NCBI GenBank assembly: GCA_963736845.1
Contig: CAVTQL010000021.1
Coordinates: 36,030 to 100,029 of the forward strand
Source: an uncultured beta proteobacterium
GTDB lineage: Bacteria > Pseudomonadota > Gammaproteobacteria > Burkholderiales > Rhodocyclaceae
Direction: 5' to 3'
DNA: 64,000 nucleotides
Part shown: in pieces, positions 55,345 to 64,000 of the stretch
Numbering within the stretch: the stretch's first letter is position 1
Layout: each line of letters opens with the position of its first letter
Position numbers and translations under genes: made by a program
The notes under the pieces: model-generated
Database searches by the model: none
Told to the model about the DNA's origin: nothing
What the model saw: only the letters and a program-made list of their open reading frames with translations

Positions 55345-55932
55345 ATGAGTGACCAATCAAATCAAATCGGTTCAGGCCAAAGCGGGATGAACTCGAAGGC
55401 GGCGGGGCGTCGCCGTTTCGTTCGCGGTGTCGGGATTGCGACCCCGGTCATCCTGACAGTCACCTCGCGCTCGGCATTGGCAGCCACTTGCCTTTCCCCT
55501 TCGGCACAGGCGTCGATAGCTCTCGACAACAGCAGGCCCGATCGCCGGAGAGGGTCTGAGTGCTTTGGAAGGGGTCCCGAGTTTTGGAAAGAGGCCTCGA
55601 ATGAAAAGAGTGGTCATCACGGACACTGGAAAGGTTGCGGCGCAGAGCACAGATATTTTTCCGCGTGCTTTGCCGCTCACGATGGCTTTCATGGAAAGAA
55701 ATTGAAAGAGGTCTTGGCATCGCAAGGCCATGACGACCCCAGCAAACTGGGGGTGTATTTGTGCGCCGCATGGTGCAACCTGAATACGGGAAGAGTGCCT
55801 GCTTCCGTACTTAGCCTCGAGACCATGAAGAGAATGTGGGCCGGCCGTAACGGAAGTTATCAGCCGGTTCCCGGAGTCTTCTGGGGTGCGCCTCAAATCG
55901 TTGAGTACATCAAGAGCGCAACGATGGTCTGA
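55345..55932 (+). CDS. Tat-signal protein of unknown function with six Cys after the signal; first gene of the HPr-kinase-related operon
   Basis: The 195-aa ORF follows an AT-rich spacer. It has AAGRRRFVRGVGIATPVILTVTSRSALAATC (twin-arginine motif plus h-region). Its stop overlaps the next ATG (TGATG). Confidence 0.6.
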   Translation: MSDQSNQIGSGQSGMNSKAAGRRRFVRGVGIATPVILTVTSRSALAATCLSPSAQASIALDNSRPDRRRGSECFGRGPEFWKEASNEKSGHHGHWKGCGAEHRYFSACFAAHDGFHGKKLKEVLASQGHDDPSKLGVYLCAAWCNLNTGRVPASVLSLETMKRMWAGRNGSYQPVPGVFWGAPQIVEYIKSATMV

Positions 55933-56180
55933 TGTCGTTCGCGAGTGACTCAGAAACGGGGGTTGGCATCGCCAACCCCACTGTTTTTTTGCATTTCTCT
56001 TTTCGGCTGGTCGATGACGGCGTGCTTGTGTTTGACGCTGAAACTGGAGACACGTCTCTGCTACCGTTCGACCGGTCGCTTGCGCTTGATTTCTTGCGAA
56101 AGCGGATCGCGGATAGCGCCACGGGAGACTGCGAGCTCTCAGGGTTCATTTCCAGGCTAGGGTATTTCCCAGATTGCTGA
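55932..56180 (+). CDS. PqqD-family (RRE-like) small protein
   Basis: 82 aa. ..FRLVDDGVLVFDAETGDTSLLPFDRSLALDFL.. resembles the PqqD / RiPP-recognition-element pattern. Confidence 0.65.
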   Translation: MSFASDSETGVGIANPTVFLHFSFRLVDDGVLVFDAETGDTSLLPFDRSLALDFLRKRIADSATGDCELSGFISRLGYFPDC

Positions 56181-57088
56181 CGGTTCAGGACGTTTCCGGA
56201 AGGGACCTTGGGGAGGCGATGCGGCAGGGTCGCTTTCGTCTTGACATCGGACGCCTCAGAATCAAGATCAAGAGCGGTATCCCCCACTTTCCACTAGTAT
56301 TCAGAACGCTGTATGGCCGGCATTCGTGTGCAGTGAACGGGGGCGAATACGACTTCGATATCTGTATTGCGCCGCCCAACTGGCTTCGTCGTCACATTGC
56401 ACGCAATGTGGTGTTCGAGCTTTCGGGGGAACGTCCCTTTCTTCCTGTCGATGCGGGGCATGCACACGCCTTGTTCGAGTGGGGATTGAACTGGACCATC
56501 GGATCGTTCGCCCATAATTATCTGATACTTCACTCGGCTGTCCTGGAAACCCGGGGCGCCGGCGTTCTTCTCTCGGCAGTCTCGGGTAGCGGCAAGAGCA
56601 CCCTCGCAGCAGAACTCGCGCTGAGCGGCTGGAGACTGCTCTCGGACGAACTTGCCCTGCTTGACGGGAAGCTCGAACTGATTCCTTGTGTGCGACCGGT
56701 CAGTCTAAAAAATACATCCATCGATCTCATCCAGAGCAGGCACCCCGAGGCCGTCTTTGGGCCTCTGGCGAAAAATACGCACAAGGGGAGTATTGCGCAC
56801 CTGCCCGCGCCCGGCGATTCGATCCGACGGGGCAGCGAGAGTGCCACGCCCCGTTTGATCGTCTTCCCGAAATGGACGGACGGCGCATCGCTGCGCATGC
56901 GTGCCGTTGGCCAGGGTCAGGCCGCCATGCGACTGATCGACCAGTCGTTCAATTACTCGACCCTCGGGGAATCTGGCTTTCAGAGACTGGCCGGGCTGGT
57001 CAGTTCTGCCGAGGCCTGGGAGATCGAGTACTCCTCGCTGGATGAAGCCAGGAATGCATTGGATGAACTTGTCGGGCACTATGATTGA
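56174..57088 (+). CDS. HPr-kinase-related P-loop protein (HprK-related kinase A type)
   Basis: ..LILHSAVLETRGAGVLLSAVSGSGKSTLAAELALSGWRLLSDELALL.. has the HprK C-terminal-domain-like Walker A context. The TTG start at 56174 overlaps the PqqD-like stop; the alternative ATG is at 56219. Confidence 0.7.
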   Translation: MLTVQDVSGRDLGEAMRQGRFRLDIGRLRIKIKSGIPHFPLVFRTLYGRHSCAVNGGEYDFDICIAPPNWLRRHIARNVVFELSGERPFLPVDAGHAHALFEWGLNWTIGSFAHNYLILHSAVLETRGAGVLLSAVSGSGKSTLAAELALSGWRLLSDELALLDGKLELIPCVRPVSLKNTSIDLIQSRHPEAVFGPLAKNTHKGSIAHLPAPGDSIRRGSESATPRLIVFPKWTDGASLRMRAVGQGQAAMRLIDQSFNYSTLGESGFQRLAGLVSSAEAWEIEYSSLDEARNALDELVGHYD

Positions 57089-58148
57089 ATCTTCGCCATT
57101 GACTCGCTTCCTGCGGGATCGGGGGGTAGCGGACACATTCTCCGCCGAGGAATGGAGCCTCATGCTTGCCGAGGCGCGGCACGCGGGAATGCTGGCACGG
57201 ATTGCTCACTGGATACCCGGATCGTCAATGGCTGGAAATGTCCCGCCACGCCATCAAGGCAGCCTGGTGGCAGCCTTGGTCCAATCGGGAGCCTTTCGCC
57301 GCGATGTGCAGCGGGAACTGCGATCGATCAGCATTGCGCTGGTCCATGTCGAGACGCCGATCCTGCTGCTGAAAGGTGCATCGTATGTGGCTTTGGGTTT
57401 GCCTGTTGCGGATGGCCGGAGCTTCAGTGATATCGATCTGCTCGTTGCGGAGAAACAGATTCGCTTTGTCGAGAGCGAACTGATGCTTGGTGGCTGGATT
57501 ACGGGCCAGCTCGATGCGTACGACGACCGCTACTACAGACAGTGGTCCCATGAGATTCCGCCAATGACTCACACGCATCGCGGCACCACGATCGACCTTC
57601 ATCATTCACTTGTCATGCCAACATGCCGCATTGCTGTCGATTCCTCCAGAATGGTCAATGAAGCAGTGCCAATTGCCGGGAGCGGGCGTTTCTGGCGGTT
57701 GCGGGATGAAGATATCCTGCTGCATGCGGCCGCCCATTTGCTGCTGAACGGGGAGTTTGATCGCGGTCTGCGAGATCTCTGCGACATTGATCTGCTCTTC
57801 CGCCATTTTTCATCGGTCTCGGCTGAGTTCCCGAAACGCCTGATCACCCGTTCCGCCGAGGTCGGGCTCGACGCGATTCTGCGGCAAGCGCTCTATTTGG
57901 CTCGGCGGTTCTTCTCGACCCCGGTTGATGACCAGTTACTGAAGCAGGAGCCGACCGCCTTCGTTAAGCTGGTCGAAAAGGCGGTTTACTCACGTCACCC
58001 TGACACGCGAATTCGGGGACAGGCGATGGCGGACTGGCTGTTGATGGTTCGGGAATTGTCGCTGCGTTTGCCGCCAAACTTGCTTCTGATCCACCTGTTA
58101 CACAAGATGTGGGTCGGGTTTCAACCGGTCAAGCGGGTGCAGGAATGA
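57081..58148 (+). CDS. uncharacterised nucleotidyltransferase family protein (NTP_transf_5-like)
   Basis: MIESSPLTRFL.. (ATG overlaps the upstream stop: ATGATTGA) ..LLLKGASYVALGLPVADGRSFSDIDLLV.. ..HRGTTIDLHHSL.. Confidence 0.65.
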   Translation: MIESSPLTRFLRDRGVADTFSAEEWSLMLAEARHAGMLARIAHWIPGSSMAGNVPPRHQGSLVAALVQSGAFRRDVQRELRSISIALVHVETPILLLKGASYVALGLPVADGRSFSDIDLLVAEKQIRFVESELMLGGWITGQLDAYDDRYYRQWSHEIPPMTHTHRGTTIDLHHSLVMPTCRIAVDSSRMVNEAVPIAGSGRFWRLRDEDILLHAAAHLLLNGEFDRGLRDLCDIDLLFRHFSSVSAEFPKRLITRSAEVGLDAILRQALYLARRFFSTPVDDQLLKQEPTAFVKLVEKAVYSRHPDTRIRGQAMADWLLMVRELSLRLPPNLLLIHLLHKMWVGFQPVKRVQE

Positions 58149-58161
58149 GGGAAACGACTGG

Positions 58162-58932
58162 TTACGGCGACTTGACCAACAGCTCTTTCAGGTAATTCGC
58201 CGGTATCGCGTAGGCGATTCCGGACGGCTGACTCAGCGCTGCTTCCTTGCTTCCCTTGATGAACACCATATTGATGATGCCGATGACTTCGCCGCTGCTG
58301 GCATCGAATACCGGGCTTCCGCTGTTGCCGGGGTAGGCCGTGGCATCGAGCTGGAAGATGTTGAATGCTCCGCTCTTGAGCTGGCGAACCAGTTTTTCAT
58401 TAACTTGGCGCGCGTTCGCCGCCGGCAGCGCAATCGGAGTGATCGACGACACCATGCCGCGATGGGTCACCGGCGAGAAGCCGAGCGCTCCCCCGATCGG
58501 GAACCCGGTAAATCCCACCAGTTGGCCTTCGCGTACCGATTCGGAGTTGCGCAGCTTGAGGGAGGGGAGGGAAGGACCGTCGATGCGGAGGACAGCGAGA
58601 TCGTGCTCGCGATCCTTGTTCACGACATGGGCGCGACGAACCTGCGTTTCTCCCGAGCCATTACGCGACTGAATGACCAGCACCGGGGCATCGGGGTCGC
58701 TACTGTCTGGAACGACATGGGCATTTGTCGCGATGAGGTTGCCGCTGGCGACCACAAAGCCCGTGCCGCGCATGGCGAACTGCGGGCTGTCGGTCTTCTT
58801 GTAGGTGCCGACGACGACGACCGAAGGCTTGACCTGCTGGATGGTGTCGGACATCTCGGCTGACGCCACACTCGAGAACAGGCAGGCAAGGAATGCCAGC
58901 AGGAATCGGGGATGGGGCCGGGCGCGAATCAC
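58162..58932 (-). CDS. secreted trypsin-like (S1C) serine protease without a PDZ domain
   Basis: Signal peptide, then catalytic His in ..ATNAHVV.., Asp in ..DLAVLRI.. and Ser in ..GNSGSPVF.. Confidence 0.85.
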   Translation of the reverse strand: MIRARPHPRFLLAFLACLFSSVASAEMSDTIQQVKPSVVVVGTYKKTDSPQFAMRGTGFVVASGNLIATNAHVVPDSSDPDAPVLVIQSRNGSGETQVRRAHVVNKDREHDLAVLRIDGPSLPSLKLRNSESVREGQLVGFTGFPIGGALGFSPVTHRGMVSSITPIALPAANARQVNEKLVRQLKSGAFNIFQLDATAYPGNSGSPVFDASSGEVIGIINMVFIKGSKEAALSQPSGIAYAIPANYLKELLVKSP

Positions 58933-59819
58933 ATCAGCCTGCGTGAGGCGATTTTCTGCAGGTCCGGTGAAGGATCGGTCACTGCCGGGTCGTAGGGGTG
59001 CTCGTCACGCTTGAAGATTTCGCGGATGCGCTTCACGTAGCCCTGTGTCTCGGCGTAGGGTGGAATGCCGGCATGGCGATTTACGGCGCCCTCGCCGGCG
59101 TTGTATGCGGCCGCAACCAGTGCGATATCCCCCTTGAAGTAGGCCAGCAACCAGCGCAGATATGCGAGTCCGCCGCGGATGTTCTGTTCGGGATCAAAAG
59201 GCTTCTTGACATTGAAGCGTTCGGCCGTTTCCGGGATGAGTTGCATCAATCCCTGCGCATTTTTTGGTGAGACGGCACCGGGATTGAAATTGGATTCGGC
59301 ACGGATGACCGCCATCGCCAGCCGCGGGTAAACACCATACTCAGGTGCCAGTCTCAAGACCATTTCCATGACTTTGCGCCGATCGGGGGCGGCCTGCGCG
59401 ACAATGTCGCGTCCATCGCTATCGAACAGGCACTCCGGTGGCTTGCCGGCGGGGTCGCCAACCTGGCGCAGCATTCTCTGCGACAGCGCATCGCCTTGCT
59501 TGGCAGCCATCGCGAAGAAGTAGGCGGCAGTCGCATCGTCGCGTCGAACGCCTCGCCCATTGGCATACATCCAGCCGAGGTTGTACTGGGCCTCGACATC
59601 ACCCAGGCGCGAAGCTTCGCAATAGAGTTGCACCGCCTTGGCGGGGTCGCGCGTTGCGGTGTTCCCATGCTCGTAGTTGCGACCCTCGATGCGCAGGGCC
59701 ACCGCTCTCTCACTCTTGAGCGGGTCGGCCATCGCCAGCTTGCTGAAGGGGGTCACGGCAAGCAGGGCACAAAGCACCCAAGGCCCGGGAAGGTGCTGAT
59801 CAAACCTTGTGTGCTTCAT
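58929..59819 (-). CDS. Sel1-repeat / SLT-domain lytic transglycosylase
   Basis: Sel1-like ..AQYNLGWMYANGRGV.. followed by the SLT motifs ..AVIRAESNFNPGAVSPKNAQGLMQL.. and ..AAYNAGEGAV.. Confidence 0.85.
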   Translation of the reverse strand: MKHTRFDQHLPGPWVLCALLAVTPFSKLAMADPLKSERAVALRIEGRNYEHGNTATRDPAKAVQLYCEASRLGDVEAQYNLGWMYANGRGVRRDDATAAYFFAMAAKQGDALSQRMLRQVGDPAGKPPECLFDSDGRDIVAQAAPDRRKVMEMVLRLAPEYGVYPRLAMAVIRAESNFNPGAVSPKNAQGLMQLIPETAERFNVKKPFDPEQNIRGGLAYLRWLLAYFKGDIALVAAAYNAGEGAVNRHAGIPPYAETQGYVKRIREIFKRDEHPYDPAVTDPSPDLQKIASRRLM

Positions 59820-59833
59820 CTTGGACCCCCTTC

Positions 59834-61118
59834 TTACAGACGCCAGAGTTCAACACCCGATCCGGCAAAGGCTGCAGTTTCGAACATGCTCTTCACATCG
59901 GTTATCACACCATCTTTTTCCAGTTTAGACAAGAAATCGCCAACTGGCCGATCTCTGAATTCGCGATGGTTGACCGCGGCAACAATGGCTCCAGCCTTGG
60001 GCAGATCGTCCCAGGCACGTAGATCGACTTTATACTCGTGAAACGCCTCCTTTGCGTCCGCCACCGGGTCATGAACAATGACTCGGGCGCCGTAGGATTC
60101 CAACTCGCGAATGACGTCGATGACCCGTGAGTTGCGCAGATCGGGACAGTCTTCCTTGAATGTAAGACCCAGAACGATGATCGGGGAGTCCTTGACCGGA
60201 TGACCTCTCCGCACCAGTTGCTTGATCGTCTGTTCGGCTACAAATTTACCCATGCCGTCATTGATACGGCGACCAGCCAGGATTACTTCGGGATGGTAGC
60301 CAAGTTTCTGGGCCTTGTGGGTCAGATAGTAGGGATCGACACCGATGCAGTGGCCACCGACCAAACCGGGGCGGAAGGGCAGAAAATTCCACTTCGTTCC
60401 GGCTGCCTGAAGGACCTCGAGCGTATCGATCCCGATCTTGTCGAAGATGATGGCCAGCTCGTTCATAAGGGCGATGTTGAGGTCGCGCTGAGTGTTTTCG
60501 ATGACCTTTGCGGCTTCCGCCACCTTGATGGAGGAAGCCGGGAATACGCCGGCCTTGATCACGCTTCCATAGATCTCGGTGACCGTTGCCAGCGTCTCGG
60601 GCGTGTCGCCCGAGACCACCTTGACGATCTTGGTGACGGTACGTTCCTTGTCACCCGGATTGATGCGTTCCGGAGAATAGCCTACAAAGAAATCGGTCTT
60701 CCATTTCTTTCCCGAGTATTGCTCAAGGATGGGAATGCAGACTTCCTCGGTGGCTCCCGGATACACCGTCGAACTCGTAAACGACGATTGCCCCCTGCTT
60801 CAGATTCTGACCAACGGCGCGGGAGGAACTGACCAGCGGACTGAAATCAGGCTGATGTGCGTCGTCGACAGGAGTTGGCACAGCGACGATCACGAAATCT
60901 GCTTCTCTCAACGCACTTGGGTCGATACCCATCTCGAGCAGGGTGGCAGCCTTGAGGTCTTCGGTGCTTACCTCGCCGGTCGGATCGAAATGCTGTTTGT
61001 AGCACGCGACCTTCTCGGCAGACAGGTCGACACCGATGGTACGGAATTTCTTGCCGAATTCAACGGCCAACGGAAGTCCCACATAACCCAGTCCGACAAC
61101 AGCAATGGTTTTCATCAT
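59834..61118 (-). CDS. UDP-N-acetyl-hexosamine (TviB/WbpA-like) nucleotide-sugar dehydrogenase, one frame break near 60770
   Basis: MMKTIAVVGLGYVGLPLA.. ..VYESTVYPGATEE.. after removing one base, and ..GGHCIGVDPYYL.. (catalytic Cys). Confidence 0.85.
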
Positions 61119-61144
61119 CTTTCTCGTCTTGTGTTTGAAAAAAT

Positions 61145-63920
61145 CTAGAGTGTCCCCTGCAAGCGCCTTACTTCAGCGTGTTCGGAGAATTTGTTGCCCA
61201 GCTTGGCGAGGGCATCGAGTTCCACACGGGCATCATCATTGCGCCCAGCACGGATCAGAATCTTGGCCAGATTAAGGCGAATTTCAGCAGCCTGCGGAGC
61301 GAGCTTCAGCGCCTTGAGCAGGAGTTCGATCGCGCCTGCGGTGTCCCCTTGCTCTGCCATCAGCATGGCCTGCGTGTCCATGAATGCCGGCTGGTTAGGA
61401 GCGAGTCTGTTGGCCTTTTCTGCGTATTCCAGAGCCTTCGGGGACTTCATCTGCCCTGAAACCCATGCCAGATTGTTGAGGGCGAGCGCATTCTCTGGCT
61501 GAATGTCAACTGCTGCACGATAGTAATGCATGGCAGCAGGGTAGTCCTTTCTTGCCGTCGCGAGATCGCCCGAGTAGAGGCGGAATGCAACATCCTTCGG
61601 GTGGTCCTTCAGCCAGGAGTTGGCAGCCTTGTCAGCATCGGCAGTTTTTCCGGAGGATAGCAGGGCTCTGTGCAGCTTTATGGCAAGCTCCGACGCGGGT
61701 GCATGGCGGACTCCGTTCCTGTAGGCGACTGCGGCATCTGACCAACGCTTTTCAGAGGCATGAATATCACCTTCGAGTATGTAACCAACCGCCTCGTTGG
61801 GGCGCTGCCCTTCAATCTCCCGTGCAATGGCAAGCGCGTCGATGGTCTTGCCTTGATCCAGCAGTATCTGGACAAGCTTTCGCTGCGCCTCGAACACATC
61901 GGGCCTGATCTCCAGCGCCTTGCGCAAGTTCTTGACGGCCTCATCCGTGTTCTTGTTGTTCAGCTGAATGTCCGCCATGCGCAGATATGGAAGGGGCGAG
62001 GATGGCTGCACCGCGGCCAGTTTTCCATAGGTGGCCAAGGCCTTGTTGACTTCTCCGGCTCTTGCTTGGGCGCGCCCGGCGGCATCCAGCAGTTCGGGTT
62101 TGTCAGGGATCGCTGCGAGCGCTTCCTGCGCGGCAGAATCGGCCTTCTTTGGTTCGTCGTTTGCCATGTAGAAGTCAATCAATGCCAGTCTGGGGGCCAA
62201 TACGTCGGGATTTGCGCTGACTGATTTCTTGATCAACATTAGGGAATCGGCAGCGTTGCCGCCCGTCGCCGTGGTCAGTTTGGCCAGTGAGAGCAACGCG
62301 GGGATATTCTTTGGATCTGCCGCCAGTACTTCCTCAAAGCGTTTGCGCGCCCGGGCGGGATTCCCTTCAGCCATGTCCATTGATGCCAGGCTGGCAACTG
62401 CAGGTAAATAGGCAGGATTGATTGCTACGGCCCTCTCGAAGCTCTGGCGAGCAGCCGCGTTGTCCTTCTTGGCCAGCAGGACACGTCCCTGCAAGCTATA
62501 GGTCGCAGGATCGTCAGGCTTCTTCTTCTGGAGGGTGTCTATGGCGCTCAGAGCATTGTCCAGCTCATTGCGATGCAGATGGGAAGCGATGAGCGCCTGA
62601 TCTGCAGTGATCCCTTCATCGACACGGGATATCTGTTCAAATTCACTTGCGGCTTCGGTGACCCTCCCTTGAGCCATATGGGCAACTGCCACGGCCGTTC
62701 GCTTCGTCAGGTCATTCGGATCGAGCTTGCTGGCTCTATGGAGATACTCCTCGGCTTTCTTTGGATCACCAGCTTGCAGGTACACCTCTCCGACCAGCAC
62801 CAGAAAGTCCGGATCCTCCTCGATCTTGCCCAGTACCGGTTGCAGGGTGGCGAGTGCTTTGGCAGGTTGACCGGCGCGCAGATAGTTCGTTATCAACAGA
62901 CCGCGCGCAAGCCGCAGGTCCGGTGCCAGTTGCAGGGCCTTGTTGAGGTAGGACTCGGCCTGAAAATACGCGCCAAGTTGATACTCGGCCGCGCCGGCAA
63001 GTTGCAGTGCAGTCGGGTCGTTCGGCGCGGACTTTAGCAGTTGCTGCGCCAGAGTCTGCACGGTTCTGTACTCCTTGCGCTGGTATGCCATCTGCGCTTC
63101 GAGATAAATCGTCTGGGGATGATTGGGGGCAACCTTCTTCAGAGTTTCCAGTTGCTGTCCGGCATCCTCAGCGGCCCCTTTCTGCATCAGAGCAGAGATT
63201 ATTGCCGAGTGCGCTGGAATGAAGTCCGGCCGGCTCTGAAGAGCCATCTTGTATAACCGGATAGCGCCATCCTGATCACCCGTGAGGGCGAGTAGAGAAC
63301 CCTTGAGCATCAGCGCTTCGTGATTTGCTGGTTCTTTCGCCAGTATGCGGTCGACAGTCGCCAGGGAGCCCGAAATGTCCCTGTCCGCTGCCTTGCCTCT
63401 GGCTTCGACAATGAGTGCGGGTGCAAAATCCGGCTGGGCAGCCAGCGCGGCGGCCAGCGCGGCCTTGGACGCTTCAACGTTGCCAAGCACCTGGTAGGCA
63501 AGACTCAGTGTCGTATTGAGGTTGGCCTTTGCTTGGCCAGGCAGCTCCGTCCGAGAGAACTCGTTGAACAACCTTTTTTGCCTGGCCATTGCGGAGGAGG
63601 GCTTGGGCCAGCAGGGGAATTGCCAGCTCGGGGGCATACTTGAGGTCAAGTGTCTTTCTCAACTCGAGTTCCGCGCCTTGAGGATCGCCAGCTGCGAGCA
63701 ACGCCTTGCCGAGAAGGAAGCGCGCCTCGCCGGAGTTCGGATTCTTTTGCAGCGCGTTCTTGAACTGGATGACGGCAGCTTTGCTGTCGTTCTTCGCAAG
63801 GTAGTCCTTTCCTGACGCGATGAGCGAATCGGGATCTCTGGCGTCACACCCGGCAAACAGGGTCGTCACAAGAAGTGCGGCGAGGGTGACGCGAAGGTAG
63901 ATGGCTGGCTTTTTCAACAT
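61145..63920 (-). CDS. prsT: PEP-CTERM-system TPR-repeat lipoprotein (PrsT-like), one frame break near 63590
   Basis: MLKKPAIYLRVTLAALLVTTLFAGC (lipobox), then about 900 aa of TPR repeats. A sigma54-regulator gene lies upstream. Confidence 0.8.
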
Positions 63921-63945
63921 TCGTTTTCCGGTATGTCTGCGGGCT

Positions 63946-64000
63946 ATTTGAGCCCCAGGCGATGCATGATGTCATAAAGGGTAGGGCGGCTGACTCCCAG
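63946..64000 (-). CDS. C-terminal HTH fragment of a sigma54-dependent Fis-type response regulator (PrsR-like); rest outside the window
   Basis: The minus strand reads LGVSRPTLYDIMHRLGLK*. Confidence 0.7.

Overview
This is a high-GC proteobacterial chromosome segment. Gene content and order look Betaproteobacteria/Rhodocyclales-like, which is an inference only.

Most of the window is core housekeeping:
- the 3' part of the isc operon (iscS'-iscU-iscA-hscB-hscA-fdx-iscX);
- a DASS transporter, a DUF1015 gene, aroG and mfd;
- cardiolipin synthase and the glycine cleavage genes with a tandem glycine riboswitch;
- trpH-yciO-M50 protease-trpS, scpAB and rluB;
- the rimP-nusA-infB-rbfA-truB-rpsO-pnp block, dksA, tRNA-Pro and tRNA-Arg.

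There are three accessory regions.
1. 12.6-25.8 kb holds a complete Lap-type, c-di-GMP-gated adhesin module. It has a giant RTX adhesin with an N-terminal retention module and about five near-identical ~402-nt VCBS repeats, a TolC-like OMP, LapG protease, LapD receptor, and a HlyD/ABC T1SS.
2. 31.4-37.3 kb is a ~5.9 kb insertion that separates gcvT and its riboswitch from gcvH-gcvP. It carries a Phd/VapC-like TA pair, a 5'-truncated PLD-SNF2 helicase and a 3'-truncated N6-adenine DNA methyltransferase. All are riddled with frame breaks.
3. 54-64 kb, after the tRNAs, is a visibly lower-GC PEP-CTERM/EPS-type locus. It contains a translationally coupled four-gene operon: a Tat-signal Cys-containing protein, a PqqD-like protein, an HPr-kinase-related P-loop protein and a nucleotidyltransferase. 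This operon is my best candidate for a functionally undescribed system.

Major caveat: single-base frame disruptions occur even in essential genes (nusA, infB). Indels here are therefore largely an assembly-quality signal, and pseudogene calls are provisional. I saw no CRISPR array, integrase, transposase or rRNA.
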